64,000 nt of DNA, from the NCBI GenBank assembly GCA_019115385.1, contig DXDR01000097.1, positions 18,694 to 82,693 of the forward strand, given 5' to 3'. A model generated the notes under the pieces. The model was not told the DNA's origin and did no database searches. It saw only the letters and a program-made list of their open reading frames with translations. Shown here piece after piece: positions 1 through 10,024 of the stretch (the stretch's first letter is position 1; each line of letters opens with the position of its first letter). This stretch comes from Candidatus Mediterraneibacter avicola. GTDB taxonomy: Bacteria; Bacillota; Clostridia; Lachnospirales; Lachnospiraceae. Both the position numbers and the translations under genes were made by a program.

Positions 1-1
1 T

Positions 2-3000
2 GACGCAAGGGGCAATGACGTGAGAAACGGTATCTATCTTCCGGGCGGGGAAGACACGATCTGGATCGATTACTTCACGGGCGACCAGTACCGCGGGGGA
101 CAGGTATTAAACAACTTTGACGCTCCGCTGTGGAAAATCCCGCTCTTTGTGAAGAATGGAGCGATCATTCCCATGTACGCAGAGCACAATGTGGCGGATC
201 CGGACGCTGAGAACGGTGTGGACAAGACACAGCGTATCGTTGAGTTCTGGCCGGACGGCGAATCCGACTTTAACGCCATTGAGGATGACGGCACCTATGT
301 GGAAAATACAATAAACAGCGAAGATACAGATTATGGCGATCAGGAAAGTATTGATTACGGCGACCATGTCAAGACGACGTATACGTCAAGCGTGAAAGAC
401 GGCACAGCGACGCTGACGGCAGAAAAGTCAACAGGCACCTATGACGGATATGATAAGACGAAGTCTACGACATTTGTCGTAAATGCTTCCAAGGAACCTG
501 AATCAGTAGAGGCATATAATGGCGATGCGAAACTGACCGAGAATAAGGTAGGCAGCAAAGCAGCGTTTGACGAGGCAGTACCGGGATCAGACGAGTATGT
601 ATATTTCTACGATGAAAGCCCGGAAATTGAGACTTTTGCCTCAGCAAAGGAGAAGATCATCGCTGGTATGGTCGAAAACGTGGAAGTTTCTGGAAAGCTT
701 TATGTAAAATTCGCAAAGACCGATACACAGGCCAATGCACAGAAACTTGTGATCAACGGGTTTGAGAATAAAGGTGAACTGAATTCAACAGATCTCAACA
801 GTGATCTTACTGCTCCAATATTGAAAGAGAACGAAGAGGCAAAGACGCCTACGAGCATCACCCTTAACTGGGATGCGGTTGAGTTTGCCAACGGATACGA
901 GATCCTCGTTGACGGAACGATCGATGAAAGCGGCAATGTAACGAGCGGCATGATCCACTCTGTTCCTGGGGGCGACACTACGTCCTTTGCACATACAGAT
1001 CTCAACTATGCTTCGACACATACATATTATATCCGTGCGGTCAACGCCCAGGGCCATTCTGCATGGAGCGACAAGCTGGAGACTCAGTCTGCGGAGGATC
1101 CGTTCAGGCTCACGCCTGAAGTGACGGCTGACCAGGTGACATGGGAAGGTGACATTTACGGCAGCCATAATGCAATCCTTGCCTTTGATCAGGCATTCCA
1201 GACCGGCGACGGCGGATTCCACTCGGATGGAAATTCGATCGGACAGAAGCTCACAGTGGATTACGGCAATGCGTATGTGCTGGACTATGTCGAATATTAT
1301 CCGCGTGACGACGCGGGCAATGGCACAGTTACCCGGATGATGGTAGAGACAAGTCTGGACGGTGTCAACTGGATACAGCACGGTGACCAGACGGATGGAG
1401 AGGGAAATAAATATTTCCAGCTGGCATCTGATAAGACGGCGAAGAAACTGGATCTGAGCGATCCGAATACAGTTACAGATTCTATCGGGGCGCGCTATAT
1501 CCGCTTTACTCCGCTGGCATCGCTCGGTAATTTCTTTTCAGCGAGTGAGATAAAAGTATATACAGTGGACAATGCCGACGGCTCCACGGAACGTCCGTTC
1601 CGCGCGGGAAATATTACATCTTCCGGCCTGAGCGAGCCAACGCTTGGGACATTCCAGTTAATGTTCCAGAAGGCTTCTTCCGCTCATAAATCCGCAAAGG
1701 ACAGCACATGGGTAGGCGAGATCCAGAGTCAGTACGGCGATATTAACTTTAATGGTATATCAGATATCTGGGATTACGCGTTTACCGCGTTCTATGTAAA
1801 CGGAGGAACAAATAAGACCGGTGATGTGGCGGGAGACATCCTGCTGCTGCCAAGTGCGACGGAGATCAAGTCAGAAGACACCTTTACGATCGATGTGACG
1901 GCTCTTGATGCAGAGAACTTAAATGCGTATGGTTCCATCATCAACTACGATCCGTACAAGCTGGAATATGTCGATGTAGCATATACGGGAACCGGAAGTA
2001 TGTATACGCAGGGAATGACGGGCAATATTACAAACGATGACGGAACGGCGTATATCAATCATAATGCCATTAATATGGGCGATCAGCCGCTGGTCAACGG
2101 ATCAAAAGTGCTGGCGACGATCACGATGAGGGCGAAACAGGATATTACTCTGAACGGAGTAACAGATGTGGGTGACCCTGATTTTATCATTGACCTTTCG
2201 ACGGCAACGCTGATTGGGCCGACCTTTACTGTGAAGGAGAGCAAAGTTGTCCCAGAGGACGAGATAGATATACCTGATATTCCCACAACTACAACGACAA
2301 AGTACGGGCGGAATGATTTTACTATTACAATGACAAATGATGTTCTTGAGACTGACGATGGGACAAATGTAACGAAAATAGTTCAGCAGCAATCCTATGA
2401 CAGCCTGTTTAATGGTACATACGGACGTGAATTTGAGTTTATGTATGATTATGGCACAAATATTCTGGATGATTGTGTCAAGCTGCCCACGACAATACAC
2501 TTTGCTGTGAATACACCGTCAAAGATGTCGACAATTAAAGTACATAACGCGTCTACCAGCGGCAATGGGTATCTGACTTCAATGAGCGCTACTGTGTTCT
2601 ATGAGGATGGAACGAAGACGACAACAGACTTTGACGTACAGCAGGAAGTCTATGAAATTTCAGCAGACGCTTCCAAAAATGTGATAAAGGTGGATATAAC
2701 GCCAAAGACTTCTACAGGTACAGCTAATGAAAATAATAATCCGCGAGATAACCGGATGCTGACACTGGGCGAGATTGAGTTCCTTTATACAAACGGGGCT
2801 CCGCCGGAAAGCATTATCGCTGCTGAGGGCACAGTGCAAGAGATGTATGTCGGGTATGTAGAGAGTATTAATGCGGTCATAACTCCGGATGAATGCCAGA
2901 ATAAGTATTTTACTGTGACAAGCAGCAAAACGGATGTGGCATCCATTATTACAATGACTGATGAAAATGGAGCGCCCGTTTATAAAGTGCTTGGTGTCGG

Positions 3001-4582
3001 AGAAGGAGAAACAGAAATTACACTTACTACAGCGGCTAATAAGGCTGACGGAACTCCTGCTAAGTATACATATACATTAAAAGTAAATGCAGGCATAGAT
3101 AAGACGGATCTTAAAGATGCGATCCAGAAGACGGACGGAGTTGTGGAATCCATCTATACGGCAGATTCCTATGCGGCATATAGTGAAGCGTGGGAATATG
3201 CGCTTGAGATTGACGGAAAACCAGATGCAACCCGCGCAGAGGTGGAAAAAGCGACCGCAGACCTGCTGAATGCATATGATGCGCTGACAGTCCAGCCGGT
3301 GGATGATTCCTTAAAGCTCAAAGAGGCTGTTGTGGTCGACGGCGATGCATTATACAGCGACAGCAATGTATACAGCAATATGTTCGACGACGATCTTTCC
3401 ACTTTCTGGGAGTCCCCATATGGAAGAGAAGATGTGCAGCTTCCGCAGAAAGTCATACTGACGCTGGCAGATAATTACCTGCTTGAGCAGCTGAGCTTTA
3501 CATCCCATACGATCCACAACGGCGGTGTGACGCAGTACACAATTTCTGTCAGAACGGAAAACGGAGACTGGATAGAAGTGACAAGCGGTACCGTGGATGC
3601 GGATGCTTACAGGCAGGGACAAAATGTGCGCATAGATGCGAGATTCGCTCCCACGGAGGCAAAATATGTTAAGTTTACCGCTGTACAGTCAGTCGGAAGA
3701 ATTTCAGAAGAGGATAATGTCTATGCCCGCATCGCGGAGATGGATCTTTACGGTACGACGAGAGCGGATAAGACCAGCCTTAATAATCTGATCAGCACGG
3801 TAGACAATCTTGATCAAAGTAAGTATACAGAATCAAGCTGGGCTGCCTTAAGCGAGCCTCTTGCAAAGGCCAAGGCTGTATTCGCAGACAATTCTGCTAC
3901 AACAGCGGAAGTGAAGGATGCATACGATGCCCTCTATGCAGTATACAATGACCTTGAAGAGATTACGACTCCAGATCCGGATCCGGGAGAGTCTGTGAGA
4001 GACGAACTGGCGCAGGTGATCTCGGAAATGAGCGGTATAAAGAATAACAATTATACGGCAGATTCATGGAAGAGATTTGAAGATGCATACCAGGCTGCAC
4101 TGGATATGCAGGAAAACCTTTCTGCACCAGACGAGGAGGTACGTGCGGTAATAGAGGAACTGAAAGCGGCCTATACCGAACTGGATAAAGACTGGAAGGC
4201 AGAACTGGAAGATGTACTGGCTGAAATGCGCGGCGTGGCAAACGATAATTATACGGATGTGTCATGGGGCGTATTCCAGAGCCAGATCCAGGCCGCTCAG
4301 GATATGCTGGATGCAGGAGATGCATCTGACAGCGAACTGCAGGCAATGATAACGGCTCTTCAGAGAGCCCGCGGAGACCTTGTAAAGAAGGACGACGGTA
4401 CGACGAAGCCGGGCGGAGGCGATGGAAACGGCTCCGGCGGCGCACAGACCGGTGACGGAAAAGCTGATGACAACAAAGCTGTTCAGACAGGGGATAATAC
4501 ACCGGTAACAGGTCTCCTTACAGCAGTTCTGATTTCCGGCGGAGCGGTTGTAGTATTGGCCCGCAGGAAAAAGGAAAGATAA
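2..4582 (+). CDS. Multimodular cell-wall-anchored glycoside hydrolase, probably GH31 (5'-truncated by the window edge). Visible parts: GH31 C-terminal region, FN3, several F5/8 (CBM32)-like modules, dockerin-like motif, cohesin-like module, Ig-like module, FIVAR-like repeats, sortase signal
   Basis: The frame is open from position 2 (DARGNDVRNGIYLPGG-x5-IDYFTG...NNFDAPLWKIPLFVKNGAIIPM), which resembles the beta-domain after the GH31 barrel in clostridial enzymes. FN3 pattern TSITLNWDAV...YYIRAVN. Discoidin-like ARYIRFTP / AKYVKFTA motifs. Helical DKTDL/YTADSW repeats. C-terminal VQTGD + hydrophobic stretch + RRKKER. The catalytic barrel lies outside the window, so the GH family is inferred. 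Confidence 0.75.
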   Translation, partial: DARGNDVRNGIYLPGGEDTIWIDYFTGDQYRGGQVLNNFDAPLWKIPLFVKNGAIIPMYAEHNVADPDAENGVDKTQRIVEFWPDGESDFNAIEDDGTYVENTINSEDTDYGDQESIDYGDHVKTTYTSSVKDGTATLTAEKSTGTYDGYDKTKSTTFVVNASKEPESVEAYNGDAKLTENKVGSKAAFDEAVPGSDEYVYFYDESPEIETFASAKEKIIAGMVENVEVSGKLYVKFAKTDTQANAQKLVINGFENKGELNSTDLNSDLTAPILKENEEAKTPTSITLNWDAVEFANGYEILVDGTIDESGNVTSGMIHSVPGGDTTSFAHTDLNYASTHTYYIRAVNAQGHSAWSDKLETQSAEDPFRLTPEVTADQVTWEGDIYGSHNAILAFDQAFQTGDGGFHSDGNSIGQKLTVDYGNAYVLDYVEYYPRDDAGNGTVTRMMVETSLDGVNWIQHGDQTDGEGNKYFQLASDKTAKKLDLSDPNTVTDSIGARYIRFTPLASLGNFFSASEIKVYTVDNADGSTERPFRAGNITSSGLSEPTLGTFQLMFQKASSAHKSAKDSTWVGEIQSQYGDINFNGISDIWDYAFTAFYVNGGTNKTGDVAGDILLLPSATEIKSEDTFTIDVTALDAENLNAYGSIINYDPYKLEYVDVAYTGTGSMYTQGMTGNITNDDGTAYINHNAINMGDQPLVNGSKVLATITMRAKQDITLNGVTDVGDPDFIIDLSTATLIGPTFTVKESKVVPEDEIDIPDIPTTTTTKYGRNDFTITMTNDVLETDDGTNVTKIVQQQSYDSLFNGTYGREFEFMYDYGTNILDDCVKLPTTIHFAVNTPSKMSTIKVHNASTSGNGYLTSMSATVFYEDGTKTTTDFDVQQEVYEISADASKNVIKVDITPKTSTGTANENNNPRDNRMLTLGEIEFLYTNGAPPESIIAAEGTVQEMYVGYVESINAVITPDECQNKYFTVTSSKTDVASIITMTDENGAPVYKVLGVGEGETEITLTTAANKADGTPAKYTYTLKVNAGIDKTDLKDAIQKTDGVVESIYTADSYAAYSEAWEYALEIDGKPDATRAEVEKATADLLNAYDALTVQPVDDSLKLKEAVVVDGDALYSDSNVYSNMFDDDLSTFWESPYGREDVQLPQKVILTLADNYLLEQLSFTSHTIHNGGVTQYTISVRTENGDWIEVTSGTVDADAYRQGQNVRIDARFAPTEAKYVKFTAVQSVGRISEEDNVYARIAEMDLYGTTRADKTSLNNLISTVDNLDQSKYTESSWAALSEPLAKAKAVFADNSATTAEVKDAYDALYAVYNDLEEITTPDPDPGESVRDELAQVISEMSGIKNNNYTADSWKRFEDAYQAALDMQENLSAPDEEVRAVIEELKAAYTELDKDWKAELEDVLAEMRGVANDNYTDVSWGVFQSQIQAAQDMLDAGDASDSELQAMITALQRARGDLVKKDDGTTKPGGGDGNGSGGAQTGDGKADDNKAVQTGDNTPVTGLLTAVLISGGAVVVLARRKKER

Positions 4583-4625
4583 AAAGGCAGTATAAAAACG
4601 AAAAGCCGGTGTATGCCGGAAGAGT

Positions 4626-4671
4626 ATTTTGCCGGGATGCGGACATAGATCCGCTTCCCGGCAAAATTTTT
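4626..4671 (+). terminator. Rho-independent terminator after the GH gene
   Basis: ATTTTGCCGGGA...TCCCGGCAAAAT stem followed by a T run. Confidence 0.8.
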
Positions 4672-4816
4672 ATGGCAATGTATTGTGTGAAGGGCGAGAG
4701 CAAAATTTTGCAACGATCTGAAGCGAAATATTGACTTCCGTTTTCCGGTATAATATTTTTAAAGAAATAAAATACAGAAAGGAGTTCTGAAATATAGAAC
4801 AAAAGAGACTGATATT

Positions 4817-5581
4817 ATGAAAAAGACAGACTGTACAGTAAAAACATTAAAAAAATCCCTGAAGGTTCTGGACTGCTTTATTGATAATAAAGGAGAACCT
4901 CTGGGAATAACAGATATAGCTACGGAATTAAAACTCAACAAAAGCAATGTGCATGATATCCTTTATACATTTGAACAGATGGGATATCTGGAGAAAGACC
5001 CTGCCACTTCAAAATATGTTCTTTCTTTTAAAATGCTTGAATTTGGATATGCTGTAAATCAGCATTTAGGGTATGCGCGTTGTATGTATGACATTCTCCA
5101 GGAACTGTCCCATGCTGTAAATCAGATCGTATATTTTTCAGTCCCCAGAGGGACGGAACTTTTATTTCTGTATTCTGTATATCCGCATATCGAACAGCAT
5201 GATTTTCCATACAGATCTGTAAGCGGGGAAAAATGTCCTCTCTACTGTTCCTCAATGGGAAAAGCAATGCTGGCTTTTTCGCCTCCTGAACTCATGGAAA
5301 AGATGAAAAGTGTGGAATTTGAGCCGAGGTCTCCGTATACGATTACAAATTATGAGGACCTGGAAAAAGATATCGAAAAAGTACGGGAACGAGGTTACGC
5401 GCTGGACCTGGGCGAGTCGAAATATGAGACCGGCGCAGTTGGCGTTCCGATTTTTGACAGCCGCAATGTTCTGGTAGGAGCGATCAGTATTTGCGGGGCC
5501 CTGGCAACCATACGCAGCAACCATAAAGAGTATTCCGAAAAGTTAAAAGAAGCAGCGTTTAAGATCCGTATCCGTATATAA
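4817..5581 (+). CDS. IclR-family transcriptional regulator
   Basis: N-terminal wHTH (LGITDIATELKLNKSNVHDIL...GYLEKD), C-terminal CSSMGKAML and VRERGYALD...VGVPIF motifs, 254 aa. Confidence 0.92.
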   Translation: MKKTDCTVKTLKKSLKVLDCFIDNKGEPLGITDIATELKLNKSNVHDILYTFEQMGYLEKDPATSKYVLSFKMLEFGYAVNQHLGYARCMYDILQELSHAVNQIVYFSVPRGTELLFLYSVYPHIEQHDFPYRSVSGEKCPLYCSSMGKAMLAFSPPELMEKMKSVEFEPRSPYTITNYEDLEKDIEKVRERGYALDLGESKYETGAVGVPIFDSRNVLVGAISICGALATIRSNHKEYSEKLKEAAFKIRIRI

Positions 5582-5770
5582 ATGATACAACTGGAGCGGC
5601 TGTTCCATATAAATAAGCCAGTGCTTTTGCAGATACCTGGCTGTTAAAAAACGTATGGCAGCCTGTCTGATTATCAGGCAGACGGATCATAAATATTAAA
5701 AAGGAAAGGCAGGTGAAACAGAAATGGACGGCCCTCAGTATGATACTGCAAACAAAATGAAAGGAGATGT

Positions 5771-6820
5771 ATGATGAAAAAAATCCATATATCCGGGAAG
5801 GAGTTTGTGTGGGACGACCCTTCCGGATTGTATAAGGCATGCCATGTTTCAACCTGTCTTAAGAATGAAAATGGCGACCTGCTGACGGCTTATTTTGGAG
5901 GCACGAAGGAAGGCGCGCCGGATCTGGGCATCTGGCTGTCACGTAAAATAGACGGGAAATGGCAGCAGCCCAGAAGGATCAAATACATGTATGGCTTTCA
6001 GCACTGGAATCCTGTACTCCACAGGGATGGAGACAAGGTGCTCCTGTATTATAAGGTCGGACATGGAACCCACGACTGGTACACCCTGGTCACAGAATCC
6101 AGGGATTTTGGCGAGACATGGTCGGAATCCAGGGAAGCGGTCCCAGGAGATCACCGTCCCAGGGTAGTTACGAAAAACAATATCCTTGTGGCAGATGACG
6201 GGCGCTGGTTTGGCGGAAGCTCGACAGAAGGGGATCTTGACCACGACTGCTTTATTGATATTTCCGCAGATCGGGGAGTCACCTGGAATATGCATCCGAT
6301 TCCGTTTGAACACCGTTACCTTCCCCATCGCGGGAAAATTGAATGGGAGGGCATTAAGGAACTGTGGATGAGTGATCCGGATATCGTCCTGAAGTGGGAC
6401 GGAATTATACAGCCGACATTGTGGCAGAGTGAAAAAAATGTATTCCATTGTCTTATGAGAAGTTCCAGGGGAAAGATATACCGCTCGGATTCCACGGACG
6501 GCGGAGAAACCTGGTGCCAGGCATACCCGACGGATTTACCGAATAATAACTGTGGTATTAATCTGGTGCAGCTGCGGGACAGGACGCTGGTTCTCTTCCT
6601 TAATCCGGTGGATGTCAACTGGGGAGAGAGGACGCCGCTTTCAGCAGTAATCTCTGAAGATAACGGACAGACATGGTCGGAATATTTTCATCTGGAAACC
6701 GATGAGGGAGAGTATTCCTATCCATATGCGGTTACAGATGGATACACCATTGACCTGACTTATACATGGCGCCGGAAAAAGATTATGCATTGCGAGATAA
6801 CGCTGGATGAAAAGGGATAA
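5771..6820 (+). CDS. BNR/Asp-box beta-propeller protein (sialidase-like fold), no signal peptide
   Basis: Four Asp-boxes (SRDFGETW, SADRGVTW, STDGGETW, SEDNGQTW), N-terminal CHVST, C-terminal YSYP. The N-terminus is not hydrophobic. Confidence 0.8.
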   Translation: MMKKIHISGKEFVWDDPSGLYKACHVSTCLKNENGDLLTAYFGGTKEGAPDLGIWLSRKIDGKWQQPRRIKYMYGFQHWNPVLHRDGDKVLLYYKVGHGTHDWYTLVTESRDFGETWSESREAVPGDHRPRVVTKNNILVADDGRWFGGSSTEGDLDHDCFIDISADRGVTWNMHPIPFEHRYLPHRGKIEWEGIKELWMSDPDIVLKWDGIIQPTLWQSEKNVFHCLMRSSRGKIYRSDSTDGGETWCQAYPTDLPNNNCGINLVQLRDRTLVLFLNPVDVNWGERTPLSAVISEDNGQTWSEYFHLETDEGEYSYPYAVTDGYTIDLTYTWRRKKIMHCEITLDEKG

Positions 6821-6837
6821 CAGAAAGGATGAAAAAG

Positions 6838-7638
6838 ATGTATCAACTTGAGAAGATAAAGAAGAAGATATCTGAAAACCAGCCTGTTATCGGGGCCAAT
6901 ATACTTCTTAGCGACTGCGCGGTCAGTGAGATATTCGGATTTGCGGGATGCGACTATGTGTGGATAGATATGGAGCATTCTCCGCTGAGTTATAAGGATA
7001 CGGCCAATCATCTTATTGCTGCGCATTCCGGAGGCGCGGCGGCGTTTGTAAGGATTCCCTGGAACGATCCGGTAATGGTCAAACGTGTTCTGGACATGGG
7101 GCCGGACGGGATTATTATTCCTCTTATTAAAAACGCTGACGATGCCAGAAGAGCGATTTCTTTCTGCAGATATCCTCCCGCAGGGATCCGGGGATGGAAT
7201 CCGCTCCGTTCGAATAAGTACGGGTGTGTTGATAATGACTGGTATATAGAAAATGTTGACAGACTTGTCTGGAAAATATTAATGATCGAGCAGATTGAAG
7301 CGGTAGAAAATCTGGAAGAAATTCTGCAGGTAGACGGGGTGGACGCTATTCTGATCGGACCCAGCGACCTGACCGGTTCAATGGGAGTGCTGACGAAAAC
7401 AGACATCCCGGAAGTGAGAGACATAATTGTGCACATTATAAAAACGGCAAAGAAAGCAGGAGTTCCGGTCGCGCTTTCCGTACCGTCGGGAACCCCTGCC
7501 GAAGTGTTATGTGAATGGTTCAAAGAAGGAATACAGATAATATCCATCGGGCAGGATGAATATTTCCTCGCCGAGACAATCAGAAACGGCGTTTCCAATG
7601 CAAAAGAAGCATTCACAAGGTATATGCAGGAAACATAA
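6838..7638 (+). CDS. HpcH/HpaI-family class II pyruvate aldolase (2-keto-3-deoxy-acid aldolase)
   Basis: WIDMEH, VRIP, MIE and GPSDL motifs intact. Start could be 6829 or 6838; RBS spacing favours 6838. Confidence 0.9.
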   Translation: MYQLEKIKKKISENQPVIGANILLSDCAVSEIFGFAGCDYVWIDMEHSPLSYKDTANHLIAAHSGGAAAFVRIPWNDPVMVKRVLDMGPDGIIIPLIKNADDARRAISFCRYPPAGIRGWNPLRSNKYGCVDNDWYIENVDRLVWKILMIEQIEAVENLEEILQVDGVDAILIGPSDLTGSMGVLTKTDIPEVRDIIVHIIKTAKKAGVPVALSVPSGTPAEVLCEWFKEGIQIISIGQDEYFLAETIRNGVSNAKEAFTRYMQET

Positions 7639-7764
7639 TATCCGGCGGATTTTATGCTTGCGCATACGGGTATATTTTAACATATTCTCCGTAAAAAACA
7701 AATAACCGCAAGGATAATGATAAAAAATTTGATTGCAAAATACTTGAGAATGGAGGTAAGAGAT

Positions 7765-9084
7765 ATGAAGAAGACAATAAAAAAGTTTGTCGGTCTTGTG
7801 ATGGCGCTGGCTCTTCTGACAGGCCTGCTCGCAGGATGTTCAAATAACGGCGGGAATAATTCTGATGACAATGAAAGTGCCGACGGCGTCGTTAATATTG
7901 ATTTTTGGGGCGGATGGAACGGGTCTGACCTGGGAGTCATGGAAGAGATTGTTGAACAGTTTAATAATTCTCAGGACAATGTACATGTGACGCTTACAAC
8001 TTTCAGCTGGTCGGATATGTTCTCGAAGCTGGTCACCGAATATGCGGACGGCGTTCCATGCGACATACTAGGATTACACCCATTTGAGATCGGCCAGTAT
8101 GCGGAGATGGGTCTTTATAATCCAGAACCGGTTGTGGAACTCGGGCTTGATGAAAGTGATTATTCTGAAGTCGTATGGGACGCGACATTTTATGAGGGCG
8201 TTCAGTACGCCGTACCCCTGGACAGCCACATGCACGGCATATTTTATAATAAAGCCCTGTTTGAGGAATATGGTATTACAAAGGTTCCGGAAACCGGGGA
8301 TGAACTGGTGGAAACAGCAATACAGCTGACTGTTGATGCAAATGGCCTTCATCCTGATGAAACAGGATTTGACCCGGATAATATTGTGCAGTATGGACTG
8401 GGAATGGGAATGAATCATCATCTTTTATTCCAGTTCCAGACGCTGATGTGCCAGCAGGGGGAAGAACCGTTCACTGTCGATATGACAGAAGCAGATTTTG
8501 ACGATGAGAAAGCAGAAAAAGCGTTCACCTGGCTGCAGGATCTTGTTTTCAAATATCATGTGGCTCCTCTGGGTGAGACTTCTTATTCTGACGACTTTGT
8601 CAACGGCACGGTAGCTATGGCGATTGGAGGCTCCTGGGATGTGCCTAAGATTCAGTCTTCAGATATTGACTGGGGAGTAACATTGTATCCACAGGTATTT
8701 GACGATGAGAGAGCGTACTGGGCGGCGGCGCATATGCTTGTATTCCCGAGCAGCAAAAACCCGGATAAGGATAAAGTGGACGCAGCTGTTCAGTTTGCAT
8801 CATGGCTGACTGAAAATCTGCAGCTCTGGGCAGACGCGGGCTATGTCCCCAGCAGCAAACAGATGGAGTCTTATGTAGCGCAGGATGAAAATATCAGCGT
8901 CTGGCTTGAAGCGATGGACTATGCGCATTATATGCCTGCTCATCCAAAGGCTTCCCAGCTGTTTAACCAGTCCGCGCCCAGCCCATTTGTTACAGCATAT
9001 AGTTCCCTGATCCTGGACGGGGAGGATCCGGCTGAAGTTGTGCGACAGTTTAAGGCAGATCTGAACCAGATCCTTCAGGAATAA
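7765..9084 (+). CDS. Carbohydrate ABC transporter substrate-binding lipoprotein
   Basis: GGAGG RBS at 7752, lipobox LLAGC, DFWGGW and YAVPLD family-1 SBP motifs. Confidence 0.9.
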   Translation: MKKTIKKFVGLVMALALLTGLLAGCSNNGGNNSDDNESADGVVNIDFWGGWNGSDLGVMEEIVEQFNNSQDNVHVTLTTFSWSDMFSKLVTEYADGVPCDILGLHPFEIGQYAEMGLYNPEPVVELGLDESDYSEVVWDATFYEGVQYAVPLDSHMHGIFYNKALFEEYGITKVPETGDELVETAIQLTVDANGLHPDETGFDPDNIVQYGLGMGMNHHLLFQFQTLMCQQGEEPFTVDMTEADFDDEKAEKAFTWLQDLVFKYHVAPLGETSYSDDFVNGTVAMAIGGSWDVPKIQSSDIDWGVTLYPQVFDDERAYWAAAHMLVFPSSKNPDKDKVDAAVQFASWLTENLQLWADAGYVPSSKQMESYVAQDENISVWLEAMDYAHYMPAHPKASQLFNQSAPSPFVTAYSSLILDGEDPAEVVRQFKADLNQILQE

Positions 9085-9106
9085 AAACAGAACGGAAAGA
9101 CAGACG

Positions 9107-9133
9107 CGGAGCCGGACGCATGATCCGGCTCCG
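9107..9133 (+). promoter_or_regulatory. Intercistronic stem-loop after the SBP gene (probable mRNA stabiliser or partial terminator)
   Basis: CGGAGCCGGA-N7-TCCGGCTCCG perfect 10-bp stem between SBP and permease. Confidence 0.6.
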
Positions 9134-9154
9134 GGTTTCAGCAAGAAAAGGAGA

Positions 9155-10024
9155 GTGAGAAAAGTGAAAAAACAAAATTTGACTGCCTTTCTTTTCCTGG
9201 CGCCGTATCTGATTATCTTTGTCCTTTTTCGGTTTGGGCCAAGTGTGGCCGGGGTACTGATCAGCCTGACGGACTGGAATATTATCGGGGACATCAACTT
9301 TGTAGGGCTCGATAATTTTAAGAAACTGTTCCAGACAGACTATTTCTGGACAGCGCTGGGGAATACAGCGAAATTTGTGGCCATTGTTGTGCCCTGCGTT
9401 GTGGTCCTCAGTCTTGCGCTGGCAGTTCTTTTCAATCAGAAACTACGTTTCAAAGGGATTGCCAGAGCTGTGACAATCATTCCGTACGTGCTGATCCCGG
9501 CTGTAGTAGGAGTGATCTGGAACTGGATGTATTCTTACAAATCAGGAATTTTAAACTATTATATCGGAAAGGCAGGAATGGAGCCGGTCGGCTGGCTGAT
9601 AGACCAGAAATATGCTCTGATATCGATTGCTATTGTAATTATATGGTCGTATCTTGGTTATAATATGCTGCTGTTCCTCGCCGGGCTGCAGAATATTCCA
9701 CAGGAGCTGCGCGAGGCGGCGATTCTGGACGGCGCGGATCCGCGGCAGTCCTTTTTCAAAATTACACTGCCTCTGCTGAGGCCGGTAACTTCGCTTGTAG
9801 TTACTCTGAGTTTTGTCAATACGATCCAGGTATATGATCAGATATATGTAATGACAAACGGAGGACCCGGGACAGCCTCGATGACACTGGTGCAGTATAT
9901 GTACACAAGTGCGTTTAAAGACTATGATATGGGCTACGGTTCTGCGGTGGGTACGGTGATCGTTTTCATACTTATAGCGGTATATTTTGTTACAAATAAA
10001 ATCCTGAAATCGGAGGTGGAGTGA
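9155..10024 (+). CDS. Carbohydrate ABC transporter permease 1
   Basis: Multiple TM segments, EAA motif (ELREAAILDGA), MTNGGP. Confidence 0.93.
   Translation: MRKVKKQNLTAFLFLAPYLIIFVLFRFGPSVAGVLISLTDWNIIGDINFVGLDNFKKLFQTDYFWTALGNTAKFVAIVVPCVVVLSLALAVLFNQKLRFKGIARAVTIIPYVLIPAVVGVIWNWMYSYKSGILNYYIGKAGMEPVGWLIDQKYALISIAIVIIWSYLGYNMLLFLAGLQNIPQELREAAILDGADPRQSFFKITLPLLRPVTSLVVTLSFVNTIQVYDQIYVMTNGGPGTASMTLVQYMYTSAFKDYDMGYGSAVGTVIVFILIAVYFVTNKILKSEVE

Noticed and set aside
5771-6820. Firm annotation as exo-alpha-sialidase (nanH)
   Set aside because: Asp-boxes show only the fold; no RIP motif is seen and no nan genes are adjacent
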